Below, piece after piece: positions 27,176 to 40,544 of a stretch of 64,000 nt of DNA (the first letter of the stretch is position 1; the number at the start of each line of letters is the position of its first letter). Below the pieces are notes generated by a model. It did no database searches. It was not told where the DNA came from and saw nothing but the letters and a program-made list of their open reading frames with translations. The stretch lies in NCBI GenBank assembly GCA_964016885.1, contig OZ024746.1, positions 81,964,001-82,028,000 of the forward strand. The letters run 5' to 3'. Source of the DNA: Eledone cirrhosa. Lineage: Eukaryota. The position numbers and the translations under genes were made by a program.

Positions 27176-27180
<5 letters not shown>
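27060..27180 (+). mobile_element. Short PLE-type terminal remnant with hairpin; homologous to 56949-57132
   Basis: Hairpin ATAGGAGAAAGTATGACC-cagt-GGTCATACTTTCTCCTAT, followed by TACCCACTCTACTACCCTAAGTATTGAGTAC shared with 57055 onward; between TA tracts. Confidence 0.7.
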
Positions 27181-27228
<48 letters not shown>

Positions 27229-27386
27229 GTTATGCAAGAAATGCTTAGGATTATCCTGAATGCAGTAATGGTTAATTACTACACTAGATAGAGTCGACGT
27301 ACGGTGAGGGGTTACTCAACGAGTTACAAAAGAACAGTTAAAGAAACTTGGTTTCCGATTCTTCTATATTCCGGTGTGTAGATAAA

Positions 27387-27616
27387 GAGTGATTAATAAA
27401 ACAGATAGACATTATAAAAAGGTAATTTATTCCAAGTGTTTACAAATATTTCTTTAGTAGTTACACAGCCTAGTCATGCTATATGCAAATTGGTAGTTAT
27501 TAATTTGCAGATACTCAATTTTCAAATGCTGTTCGTACCACCAATTCTTCAGAACGAATATAAACACTTGGAATGAATTACCTTTTCATGATGTCTACCT
27601 GTTTTATTAATCATTC
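27387..27616 (-). repeat. Inverted repeat (27387-27442 / 27561-27616) enclosing a decayed hammerhead-like motif
   Basis: ~56-bp arms with ~5 mismatches. Minus strand CTGAAGA-ATTGGTG...CAGCATTT-GAAA-ATTGAG-TA at ~27512-27552. Confidence 0.6.
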
Positions 27617-27617
27617 C

Positions 27618-27755
<138 letters not shown>

Positions 27756-27792
27756 ATACTTTGGGAGGGTCATGTTGCCTAATTCAGAAACG

Positions 27793-27831
<39 letters not shown>

Positions 27832-27953
27832 TGTATGCATAGTATATTTGCCAATATACCGTATGCTTAATTAAAAACATTTTGAAGACCTTACGCTATC
27901 ATTTTTAAAGTAGTGACTGTCACTTACTTCTTTTTGGCGAAAGAAGGCAGAGA

Positions 27954-27995
27954 AGCTAACAGTCTGTTTCATGCTGTTTGGCAATCATCAGAGCT
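27954..27995 (-). ncRNA. Minimal type I hammerhead ribozyme
   Basis: Minus strand: AGCT-CTGATGA-T-TGC CAAACA GCA-T-GAAA-CAG A CTG-TT-AGCT. Stem I is extended by GGCGGAAGAGAGCAG/CTGCCTTCTTTCGCC (27936-28015). Lies in a ~300-bp island between (TA)n tracts. Confidence 0.82.
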
Positions 27996-28129
27996 ACGTA
28001 CTGCTCTCTTCCGCCGAAAATTATAGAAGCTGGATTCTTATAGAATGCCAGTAATAATCAGGAGCTGATTATACAGAGCGATTGCCGGTCCAGCAAAAAC
28101 TAAGTATTAGGATTGGTGCTCTGAAATAG

Positions 28130-28167
<38 letters not shown>

Positions 28168-28536
28168 CATTTGAAAAGGTAACGCACTAGAGAGAGATAC
28201 AGTAGAGTCTATGGCTCCGTTAATGTATCATGATATATATATATATATGATATTAAAACAATGGTTATTATAAAAACATTTAATAAATTTTATGACCAAC
28301 CAGAAAAGAAAGAAATTCATTTTTGGAAGAATAGCTCACCGGAGTCCAATTGAATTCAAATAATTTACCTTAATGCTTTTATATACCAGGGGAAGAAATA
28401 TTCTAATTTCGTAAGCGAAGCTGTAAACAAAAATGTTTGAAATATAAGGAAAACGTTAAAATTATGGAAGCTTAAAATAGTAGTTAAGTGATATAATATT
28501 TATGTTCCGTAACTATAGATATTTCGCAAAATATAA

Positions 28537-28771
28537 CAGGGGCGGTGGAAGCATTTCTGAACTGGGAGAGGGGTCAATTTAGTTAATTTAGTTGTAGTAA
28601 TTAGTTTAGGTCTTTGCTCTTTAAAATGGTCGATATGCGATAAACATAACATGTACATAAATTGTAGCGCATATCCAAATAGATGTGTGTTTTGGTAGTT
28701 TGGAGCGAAAAATATAATTATTGGTGGGGATCATGGCCTCGCTTCCCTTTCCTCACACATCCACCACCCTT
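28537..28771. mobile_element. hAT-like MITE
   Basis: Starts CAGGGGCGGTGG and ends CCACCACCCTT; highly similar to 49060-49301. Confidence 0.7.
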
Positions 28772-28872
28772 ACATATATATGTAATGTAAAAAAAATAAT
28801 GCTCTGCACCCTTTCCTAAAGGGTTGATATATCGAGCTTCTCCACATTTGGTAATAAACTGAATATATATAT

Positions 28873-29025
28873 ATATTGATTTATTATGGCTATTGGCGAG
28901 CTGCGTTACTCTAAAGTTTCACCTGCACACTCACAGGATCATCAGTCATGTCTGATGATCCTGTAAGTACGCAGGTGAAACTCCAGAGTAACGAGGCTCA
29001 TCACTTAACCATAATAAATGAATAT
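28873..29025 (+). mobile_element. PLE-type fold-back with a hammerhead core on both arms
   Basis: CTGATGA(28952)-T-CCTGT AAGTAC GCAGG-T-GAAA-CTCCAGAG-TA. The left arm gives the same motif with CTTTAGAG (consensus palindrome CTCTAGAG). Confidence 0.8.
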
Positions 29026-29483
29026 TTAAACTCTACTTCGGTATTGAGTTTTCATTCTTACGTCCATCAATAATTATTTTATTTTACATAAAAAAAAAAC
29101 ATTATATACGACAAAAAAAGAACATTACACGAAATCCCATATTACCAATTTCCCAAGCCCCCCACCCCCATTCCCACACTTCCTATTATTTGGGACCCTC
29201 TTTATCCTTTCTCTCAACCATCAAATTCCTCCCATCTCTATATCTAACATACAAAACACTCCCCCAATCCCCCTCTTTATATCAATCATCTCCACTCCAA
29301 ACTCTCACCCTCGCCATCTCGACCAAACTGTCTCGTAATCGTTCTTTCTCTATCCGTCACAAACTCCCCCTTCTATATCTTTTACGATACTGTCTCTCCC
29401 AATCACCCTCTCTATATTTAGCAATATTTATCCCTTCTAACTCCCCCATTATATCTACAAGCATTGAAATCTACACATCTCTA

Positions 29484-30217
29484 TAGTAGCTGAACTCATC
29501 AGGTTGCCTCTAGAAAATATGTAACAACATATAGCATCCCAGATGAGGGGCCTACCACCGCGGAATGGGAAGATTGTCATGCTGCCTGGCCTTTTGCAGT
29601 CTCCTCTGTCCAGCCCTGCTGGCTCGAGTTGGGAAGGGAAGCATGCGCCGTTCAGGCCCATGATTTATGCTCACGTTGAGAGCAACATGGCGGGCGAGGC
29701 GTGCAGCACTGTAACGGCATGACAGTGGATGGAGATCGAAAGAACTCAGAGAGGAATCGCAGCAGCATTTGTGAATCTCACAGTTCCAGAAGCCGATCCT
29801 CAAGGAAACACCGATATGCAAGCAGTCGCTATCAAGCTGAGTGCAAATTGCAATTAAGGGTACTGCTTTTAGCCAGGCACCACTGTGGGGTTGGGAGGCC
29901 GAGCGGAAACATTCCAGACGGTGGTGGTTGAGCGGGCGCACAAGCCTGTCTGAGGTCATGTTGCACTGGATGGCATCCCATTTGTTTTGGGGGAACTGGG
30001 ACTGTACGGAGTGGAGAGGGGAACGGACGTTCACAGGGTGGAGGCCGAGCTGGTTCCATGTCCCGTATCCGCCTCGTGTTCCTCGATCACAGTACGTTCA
30101 GTTGTGATGTGGAGAATCATGGTGATGAGAACACGGCAAGAGGTAACCGACGAAAGAAAAGCCTACAGAGCCAGCGAGACCGTAGACCAAGGCCGCCATG
30201 TCAGACGGGTAAGGTGA
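29484..30217 (-). mobile_element. CRE-like non-LTR retrotransposon fragment (thumb, CCHC zinc knuckle, RLE), frameshifted
   Basis: LPV*HGGLGLR; PHSGAWLKAVP...IGVSLRIG...CCC...HPLSC...RHVALN; LEPAGLDRGDCKRPGSMTIFPFRGGRPLIWD. Homologous to 16585-17000. Confidence 0.87.
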
Positions 30218-30364
30218 ATTGATGAAGAAAGTATCTCATGTTATCGAGTTTTAAACGCCAAATTAATTTAGCTAAGGAAGTAGAGTTTGTTACGTTTTCA
30301 TTCTTAAAAGAATATAAATGCGAAATATCAACTCATTCGAACTTCTTTTATATATAGATGGGTA

Positions 30365-30457
<93 letters not shown>

Positions 30458-32134
30458 AGAAAAGAAAATATACATTCATGCGAAAAAGAAAATTTTCTGA
30501 AGAAAGTTTTAAATTTCATAATCCGAGCGTCTAAAATCCAACATTCATTCCACCGGTAAATTTAATCACAATTTCCTTACTTAACTAACTCTTCCATTTA
30601 ACCATCAACAAAAATGTTTAAATACCACATTATGTTGTTTGCTTTAAGCTACCACTTATTAAATCAACACTTTCCTATTTGGGAAATTAGATCACTGAAG
30701 TTCAAATTCAACGTGATTATACCATGGGCTTGCCTAAAGTACCACTGATTGTAAAACTATATCTGTATTATATCCGTATTTCTGCAGTGTGTGCTACTCA
30801 TTAAATTCGAACAAATGAGATCTTCAGCTAATATAATTGATTTAACATTTTCCTTATTCTTGTTTCTATTCACTCCAGACAAATGCAATATTGTTGCCGC
30901 GTTAAAAGTATTTAATTCCATTCAAACTGTATTTAGTTTTACTAGATTTTCGATGGCATTACACGTTATTGTTCTTACAATGATCCAACTATATTTATGT
31001 TGTGTTGGTTGTTTTTGAACAAATGCATAACATTGATGTGATATTTCGATTCTCACAATAATAACACGAAGAGAAACAATTAGAATTTATAAGCAAATGA
31101 TAATCTGTTTCTTACAAGTAGAGCATTAGAGTGAACATCATTTGGTATTGTCAACAGCACAAAGTCACAATTACTGTATATATCAAGGAAACAATACTGT
31201 ATCTAACTCTCTTTAAACTTAAACACCATGCTGTTAAAACCTTGAAATCGGTTATACGAGTTAGCCAATCACTGATTATCTCACACGTGACAAATAAGAT
31301 TGACGAAGTACTTCTGAATACGAAACAAAATATTTCCAAGAAATTCTCATAATGCACCACATAAAAGTAACATATCCAAAACTTTTTCAAAGCCAGAAAA
31401 TACTCGACCACAAACAGTTGAGAATTCTCTACAAACCATAATGTGATACTGATCAACGTCTATCACAGTTATTCTACTATACTGACGAACATCCTATACC
31501 ACACTGAATGGAAACGATCGGACTAATAGATTAGAACTCACAAATACATTACAACCTCTAAACACAGATGCACTGTTTCTTCACTATATTTTACTGCTAC
31601 TACAATGGTCTCTGTTCCTGAAAATTCTGTAACTGTCTACCACTGCAACCCAATATTACTATACATACATGTTTTTCTTCTTCTCGTCATCTACAGTAGA
31701 ATGCTCTCCCACCCACTCTGCTCATTCTCTTCTTTTCCTAGTTGCTTTCTCTTTCACAAGCTATATCATTCTGTGTCTTAACATTATTAAATTTGTTACC
31801 CTCAATCAGTTAACCAATATTGCTTCGATTGTTCAATTTAAATTATTTATAATGACTCAACTCTATAAAATGTTTGCCTTTCATGCTCTCTTAACTATAA
31901 ATCTACCGTATTTGACAGGCAAAATTACGAAACTAAGAGAGAGAGAGGGTGGGGGGGGAGAGAGGGAGAGAGAGAGAGAGCAATATTTGAATGTATCGCT
32001 TAGTTTTAAATTATTGGCTGTGATTAAATCGAGACAAGATTCTCCAGACAGAAATATTTATTTATGGTCAAGTAAGTAAATTAGACTACCTCAAGCATAT
32101 TTGCTTTAATCTATTTCTATATACATATATATAT

Positions 32135-32230
<96 letters not shown>

Positions 32231-33799
32231 GAAGACGATGCAGGGATTCAATAACACAAACTCTTATTAGTTTCACGCTTATTGAAAAATAAAAATGAAT
32301 GTAACAACGTATCTTTTTTTTTACTGCATTAATATCCATACCAACATGTGACGCATACATACTGAGGTTGACTCAGCATCGATATATTTATATATTTATT
32401 GCCAAAGAGACCGAATTAAAAGCTGGGAGGTGAGTGGTTTGCTTTCTATCACTGATGCAATGTTTTCTTTGGTCAAGTCATTTTACTCTCTAAGACTGCA
32501 TCTACCGAGTTCTAAACAGATACTATGACGAGTATATATAATTCACCGATTGACGCTTACATTTGTTGAGTTAAAGTCCTGTGTTCAGTTCCTTACAAGG
32601 AAAACTACATGTGTAGACTAGGTTTATTTCCTTATATTTATCGCGACGAAACGAAAGTTGTGCCTAAGTTCTATGGATCTTTCGTATTCTGAAAAGCAAA
32701 GGATTAATAATACTCAATGCGCATGTCATTGGTATGATCGAAAGTTCTAAGCATACGCTACTTCAACTATTAAAGACTAAGCCGTCGCTACTCATTACAA
32801 ATCAAAACAGCAAAAGGAATCATTTGGAAGAAGAAATGCAAAATATAATTTGACAATAAATTTCGCCCTTCTGAGGTCGATGAAAAATAAGAACTTGTGT
32901 TGATCATTCGACTATACATCACAAGTCTAATGAATGACACCAGTTATATGATAGAATAATGCAGTTTAAATACAATAAAAACTACAGATAGCAAAATGAA
33001 AAACGTGTCTGGCATTACGCAGTGTGTATGTGATTAATTATACAAGGTAGTTAAAAGTCTTGCTTGTTAAAGATAAGCCTTACGCACCCAATTGTAGCTA
33101 TTTAATATAATTCACAAACGTTTTGCCGAGCTGAAATTTTGGATTTAAGTCATCATAGCGCTAAGATAAGATAAAGAAACCTCACTCAGTGCCTTATTCA
33201 TTGAATATTCTTAAATATCATCCAATATTGGCCGGTTATTAGTTTCCAAAGCCTTTAGCAATGAAAGTAAAGTCAAATGGTAATATATGAACGCGAAACA
33301 TCAACACAAATTTAACTCGTCTGAATCCTATCTCTCGTCTTTGGCACATATCGTTGACTGAAAAAAGAAATTTCACCATCTCTTAATTTTGAATTCAATA
33401 TTATGAATATTTTAATCTAATTTCATCACAGAGAAAAGAATGAATGATCTTAAGAATTCTAAAATCATTAAAACATCCAAAGAGTAATTAAAACAAACAC
33501 TATAAGGTTTCAATTGTGAATTTAAAATATCTAATCATATTGAATTATTGAAAATTAGCCCTTTTATGTTACCTTACCCGGGTTTAATGACAACTAAAAT
33601 AATTATAATTTATTACATTTAGGATAAATTGCTCTAAAAATGTTAGCAGTCTTCAGTTCATCTAGGAATGATGATTCACTCAAAATTGTTGCATATAAGC
33701 CCATAAGATGATGGTTTGAATTGAGTTCGCGTAAAGAGAATGAAACACGAAAGCTAAAATAAAAATGTCACTCATACATTAATGTTCACACACACGTAT

Positions 33800-33886
<87 letters not shown>

Positions 33887-34065
33887 TATTTTCCGTAGTG
33901 TTGTAATATAAATTCCAATGAAATGATAGTTGATAATAACATTGAAATATTGAATGTCTACATAACTAATACTTTGTCGATAGCAGCTGTTTTCAGGTTA
34001 TGTAACTGTTATAGAAACACGTGTCAATAAATTCCTTCTTAACTAAACTGTATCCATTAAAATCC

Positions 34066-34135
<70 letters not shown>

Positions 34136-34137
<2 letters not shown>

Positions 34138-34484
34138 TGAAATGAAATAACAAGGACGATTGTTTACTCCTTCATTACGTTTATTGGTTGGTGACGCGCG
34201 TTTCGCCACTGATCAGCTCAAGGTTCGATCTGTATCGATCTATCCAGACTCTGTAATCCGCGGCTCGTCAGACCCCTTATAATGGTAATGGAAAAATTAG
34301 AGATCGAATCTTGAGCTGATCAGTGGCGAAATGCGCATCACCAACCAATAAACGTAATGAAGGAGTAACCAATCGTCCTTGTTATTTTATTTCACTATAA
34401 TACACTCTGCCTAGGTCTACACCTCGACACTGAAGTGAACCTAAACATCGAGTGCTCACCCGGGTGAACCTACAGTAATTCCAA

Positions 34485-34486
<2 letters not shown>
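34136..34486. mobile_element. PLE-type pLTR remnant with 96-bp inverted arms (34136-34231 / 34301-34396)
   Basis: Arms are reverse complements with ~5 mismatches; flanked by (TA)n(GA)n and (TG)n(TA)n. Confidence 0.8.
34190..34274 (-). ncRNA. Type I hammerhead ribozyme with a long stem II
   Basis: Minus strand: GGT-CTGACGA-GCCGC G GATTA...TGATC A GTGGC-GAAA-CGCGCG-TC-ACC. Canonical core, GUC triplet, palindromic stem III. Confidence 0.82.
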
Positions 34487-34563
<77 letters not shown>

Positions 34564-34564
<1 letters not shown>

Positions 34565-34754
34565 GAGCGTAGGCTGAAAAGTTCATAAGCTAACTATGGA
34601 GTGATATTGGATCTGTGAAATTTTGCATGCATTCATTTCAACTCTTATAAATAACTGCATTGTTTTTTCCAGAGACTATGTCGAAAAATACACCTCATTC
34701 GGTCATTCCATGAGAATGTTTTGATTAACTGATGAACTTTTCAGTCGACCCTCG
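34564..34754. mobile_element. Tc1/mariner-type MITE
   Basis: TA|CGAGCGTAGGCTGAAAAGTTCAT ... ATGAACTTTTCAGTCGACCCTCG, imperfect TIRs. Confidence 0.75.
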
Positions 34755-35299
34755 TGTGTGAACATGTTTAATATTACTTTACTTCCAATATTGAATACTT
34801 TTTATCTATTGTTTCTCGTCATTGTAAAATTTATAGCTTCTCTGTTTCGTTTAATTAATTTATTAAAAGTTGATACTTGCGATACCAAATTTGCCAACTA
34901 ATTTCCTATAGTTAATACAAGCTCTGTTCTGAAGCTATATTTTCATTGTATTAAATAGATGAAATACTTCTTAACTGTCTCGTAATTCGTCACAAATTAA
35001 CCCCCCAGTCTCTCCCAGAGAATCACTGAGATAATGGATAGTGTTCGAACAAGTAATCAGTATGACGATTATCTCTTAAATCTAGCGTATAAGTGTTACC
35101 GGAACTCTAATTCATGGAATATAATATTTTAATGATTTAGCTTAACGATAGATTTGTAAATGTCAATGAACTAAACTAATGATAACTTTGTAAATTATGT
35201 CGTAGATTTAATGTTAATAATCAGTGTAGACAATGCACCACTTTAGCCTATTTCTAAGTGTTGTTTTGTTCTTTTGTTGGTAAAGTTTCTTGAACAAAG

Positions 35300-36395
35300 T
35301 ATCTTGATGCTAGAAGGGGCGGGTTCCACTGGTCAAGCGATCCATTTGCTGTCAACACCCGCTGCGTGGAGGGCTGATTATGCCGTGGCTAATGATGCTC
35401 AAATATGCGCTTAGGCTACGACATCTCAAACACTTCCTTGGTGGTGAACAAGTGGGTCAAGCGAAGACCGAGATGAAGCACTTAGAAACTGGAATGTCTG
35501 CAAGCACTCAAAGACCTCAGCTAATCGGGCAGTACGATCAGTGAAAACTCCACATTGGCGTTCTATAGAGGGTTTGTGGAGGGTTAAGAGCGACGACTTC
35601 CTTAGGGAGACTCTGGACGTCGATGAAAATCAACTACCCAATCTTTTCTGAAGAACTTTCGGACCAGTGCCCATGGACTACCCCCAGAAATCCCTGGCCT
35701 GGGAGTGCTACTGGGGAGCACTGCCAGCTTGAGATAAACTCTACAGGCATGGAAGTGTCGACATCCAAGCCTGTCCGAGATGCACGCAGGGTGACGAAAG
35801 CATCGTACACGCACTCGTCCAGTGTCCGAGCGTTGCTGACTTGTGAATTTATGTCGAACACCTGTTTTCACGTGTAGGACGGATCCGGCTATCAGCTGAG
35901 TCCACCGTGAAGATTGCCCCGCCGCATTCCTTTCACCGAGAAGGGCAGGCAATGACGAAACAGGTCATGTAGTGGACTTGTCTAAAAGACTGACGACAAG
36001 CATTTTCCTCTTCGACGAACGCCTGATTAACTTTTTCATATTTCATTTAAAGAGGAAAATCAGGAAAATCAGTTTGTTGAAAGATGGACGAGGGAGGCGA
36101 GCATGGTCCGAGTGAATGAGCCTGCTCTGAATAAGCGCCTGTAGAACTGGGAAAGGCACTTGCCCTGGTGGTCAGGTTCACTGCTGCTTTTTGTGGGCTT
36201 TCTCCATGCGTGACACTTGAAAGTCCCTCCCCCCCTATTGGGGAATTTACTTTGTTTGAATCTGTTTTCTATATCTCGTGATATGAACTTTTATACGCTA
36301 TAAACTCACACTACTTTTTCCGTCTTGTTCTGTCTGTACCATCCGATGATTTCTCCATAACTTCGACATCTGCCACAATTAGCAAAAGAAAGAGT
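35300..36395 (+). mobile_element. L1/Tx1-type LINE ORF2 3' end (zf-RVT) plus 3' UTR, disrupted
   Basis: VPLVKRSICCQHPLRGGLIMPW; SLAWECYWGALPA*DKLYRHG...CPRC...ESIVHALVQCP (CCHC); followed by a T-rich 3' UTR. Confidence 0.83.
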
Positions 36396-37345
36396 AAATT
36401 AATTAAAACTAATCGATGAAAAATAGCGATCAATTATGATTCCTCAAATATACTAGTATAGTTATATAATTGGCGTGGAAATAGAGAATGACACAGAATA
36501 ACTATCTTTCTTTGGCTATTTTCCTTCTAAGTTTGTAGTCACAGTGTAACTAATATATGGCAATTGAAATAATTTGGTGTTGTAACTATAATATTATAAA
36601 TGAGTATTGAAAATGTTATTAGCTAGTGTAAATGTCAGTATTTATTAATAATCTATTGGTGTGCACTGTAGAGCAAGCAGTAAAATCCTGCCAATTCGAA
36701 GCTACTGTGATGTTTCCATTCCCGTTTGAAAGTCATTTCACTTCACTTACGATGTTAACGATTTTGGAGAAAAAAAGTATAAATGTTACATTCACCATTT
36801 CCTCCTCATATAAAATAGATGGCTTTTGTTAGCTTTTTGGATTGAATCCAAAGAACCCATTATCTATAAAATAAAAAGCAGAATCCGAGAAAATTAGTAG
36901 TGCTCTGCATTGATAAAAATATTTAGAAATGGTAGTAAACTTGTTTATACACTGAAGTGGAGATAAGAGTTCTGACAAAATGCTTTGCTCGAAACGTTAG
37001 TAGTTTTGTTCTCCCACCCACACCCCTCCAACCCCCCATTCACATGTAAGTAAACGAAAACTTTGGCATACGTTAATCTATATTTACATGCTTTTTTGAT
37101 TTTGATATTTTCTGTCTATATTTTCATTGAGATGTCCAATATATTAGTGACCTTCTGTTTGACATTTCTACTCTTTCATTGCTGAGTTCAGAAACTACAG
37201 TTAGGGATTAGATGTGAGTGAAGCTCTCGTGAATTAGTTATCTTTGCTTATATTCTACCCGATAGAGGCTTTGGCATAAGTTAATCCATGTTTATATAAG
37301 TTCTCTTTTCATTGAGATATTCAGTATATTAGTGACAAATAACCT

Positions 37346-37389
<44 letters not shown>

Positions 37390-37417
37390 AGGCTATTTGT
37401 ATATATATATATATATA

Positions 37418-38523
37418 CTAGCAGCAGGACCCGGTGTTGCACGGGGTAGGAAACGTGAAATAGCAACACGCATATGCAAAGATTAAGGAATGTAGCTGTG
37501 TACTTTTTGAATTCCCTTATTCTCAGGGAATGATTGTTCAGCTACAGGAAACGTAGAGCACCAGCAGGCCTGAATCGTGAAACATCTGCATGCATGTGCA
37601 AAATCTGAAGAAAATCACCCTAAAAAAGGCCTTGTGTGCGTTCACATGTAGCCCTTAAAAGGATTTTGTGTGCGTTCACTGGCAGCCCTTAAAAGGAATT
37701 TGGTTGCAAATCCTTAAAAGGATTTGTTCAAACGCCTTAAATTGTCGCGCCAATTGTCAACCAACGGAGGGTTTCTTCTCTGGGAGTGTTCACCTTAAAC
37801 CAAAGGAAACAGACTTTTTGTTAAGAAATAAAAGTAAAAGTAAACCAGACTTGTTAAAGAAATAGCGATAACGTACCTACGTCCTCGCTGTTGCGCTTAT
37901 AATACTGTTATATCGGATGACAAAAGGGGTCTTAGTAGAAGTAGCACAGACGTGAATTTTACGGTGTCAATAACACGGCAACGTACACATGCCTCGGATT
38001 TGTGCGTGATGAAATCACGAAGCGTCAACAGGGCGCCGGCAAAAAATTTAAAGTCCTCCTCATTTCCTCAATCCCCCGAAAATGGCCCTGCTTAAAAGTA
38101 AGTAAGTGTTGTGTCCTCTGTTAAATAAACCAAATTTTTAACGAAATATTATACGCTACCTACAATGTTTAAGTACCGTTTATATTGAAAATGAAAATGG
38201 CATGTAACGCCCAATACTAATTCGTAAATTTCCTAGAAACCATTCATGGAATCGAAAATGTGTCCACAGTAATGCGAGGGGACTAACTAATGTGTGCTGC
38301 AAAGTTCGAGGAAATCGGCTGGATTATCTTTAAGTTACGCCTCAAAAAAGCCTAAAAATGCCTTTAAAATGCGGTTTTTCGCCTAATGCGGCCCTAGAGC
38401 GAAAAAAGTTAAAATCCTTTTAGCCCATTGCACTTCAAGAAATATAAGAAACGCATGGGTAGAGTTTCAAAAAAATTGGTCGGGTACTTCTCGAGTTTAA
38501 GGGATTTACACAGACAGACATCC

Positions 38524-38530
<7 letters not shown>
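37418..38530 (-). mobile_element. Non-autonomous Helitron
   Basis: Minus-strand 3' end CCCGTGCAACACCGGG hairpin...CTAG|T at 37418. The 5' region ...AGAGGATGTCTGTCTGTG merges into (TA)n. Confidence 0.75.
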
Positions 38531-38610
<80 letters not shown>

Positions 38611-38984
38611 ATTTATGTTCATACACGGAACAAAATCACTGCCTAAGATTTCAAGGCCCAATATTGACCAGAATGTAAGAAGGATCAAGTAAATCTAGAA
38701 TGAAATTGTTTGAATTTACTAACATTCCCAAGCGCACAATGTTTCTTTAACTGACTACTGAAACCTTTTTGTAGAATGGAATATCAGATAATGCCTATTA
38801 AAGTATGCGAGCAACCTATCTCTTATATTATAAAGCAATACGTTTTCAAGATATCTGAATAAGTGATTTAAAAATTGATCTCTAAAGATAATTTAACCGA
38901 TTTTCTCTACTAATGTTTATACTATTACTAGTGTGGATATTTGCTTTGGAACAAACACATTTCAAATTTCAAATAATGTTTTCT

Positions 38985-39393
38985 AACATAGACACAGGGC
39001 CTTCAATTTGAGGAGAGGAAGGAGGTTGATTATATTATATTATGATCCAATTATGATTGGTACCTTATTTTGTTTACTTTGAAAGGATGACAGGTAAAGT
39101 TGACCTCGGCGGGATTTGAAATTAGAACGTAAAGGTCCGTAACTAAAAGCGACAAGACATTTTGTCTGACGTTCTAACGATTCTTCCAACTCCCTCCCTT
39201 CAAGTTTTAAATAATTGTTTTTACTTTTGGCACAAGGCCAGTAATTATCCCAATATATTACTGGTACTTTATTTTATCGACCCCGTAGGGATGAAAGGCA
39301 AAGTTAACCTCGGCGGGATTTGAACCCAGACCATAAAGGGCCGTAACTCTTTGCTGCAAAGTATGGCGTCTGACCCTCTACCGATACTGCCAA
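38985..39393 (-). mobile_element. Two tandem SINE copies (13628 family; one older, one younger)
   Basis: CCTCGGCGGGATTTGAA B-box complements at ~39104 and ~39308. Confidence 0.82.
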
Positions 39394-40544
39394 TATAATG
39401 AAATGTATACATCTCGCCTACAATTTGCAAAAATTCAAAAGCAACATCAATCGTCACCTTCTCTGTCCTTGAATTATGTCCTCTTTGTCTTGTCATATAA
39501 CCACATGCCTTTTAGTGGCTTTATTGATTGCTTGGAGTGAGTAAATTTTAAAAATATATATACAAATACAATAGTTACATTTGCAAACGCTCATTTGTAT
39601 GTTCATTTTCATACATATTTTAAATTGTAGTTATTATTTTGAATGGAAGAGACGTGACTGAAATAAATCTGCTCTAATTATAAAGACGAACAGTAACAGT
39701 CCTTTCTATTTTAAGAAAAAAGTTTAGAAACATTTTGTAGCAAGTTGAAACAAATTATCTCAAATACTCGATTATTGATGCCTTAATTTGTATATTTACA
39801 TTTAAATTGCTTTCATAAATACACAAATAGCATGTTTCTCCCCGAAACATAACCACTAGAGTGTAACAAGTGCAATCATATGCATAATGCCATTAGAAAC
39901 ATTTGACAACCTAATATTGTTCTTGTTATTTTAGATATTAAAAAGAAAACGACAGATTCTTAGGGAATTCTTTAACATAAAAGAGTACATATGCTAGGCG
40001 ACATTCAAATCAGATTTGGTCGAATGAAGATTGTGTTTTATTGTCCATAACATTTAAATCAATATTTTTTCTTTAAGTTTAGAGAATTAAAAAAAAACTT
40101 TTGTATATTCTAATCAAAATTTAAATCGATTATCGTTTCTTGCATGCAGTTATTATATTAATTCATTTATTTTTGTTATTTTAACTATTTAGGTAAAAAA
40201 TAGTGTATGCATAACATATGCACATATACACACATACACATACATGGACCTGTAAATTCTGGTGGAATCTTACGGACACAGTAGTGACAGGGACATGTTG
40301 AATATAGTGGAGACCATTCCCTCTCCAAGTCAGAACAAAAATGATTTTCCAGAGAAGGAGAAAGAGTGATAAAGAGAAAATGAGAAAGAGAAATAAACGA
40401 ATCAACCCCAGTATTGACACTTTTTATCGACCTCCAATGATTGAAAAACAATATTAACCAGATATTAACCAGAGCCGGAACGAATGCCAAAAAGCATAAT
40501 ATCTAACGTTCTAACAACTCTGTAAATTCGGTACACGCACAAGT

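Noticed and set aside
30540-31760. Possible decayed PLE ORF (VYIKET resembling YIGET; TLQP)
   Set aside because: The motifs are too short and degenerate to support by eye; a profile-HMM search is needed.
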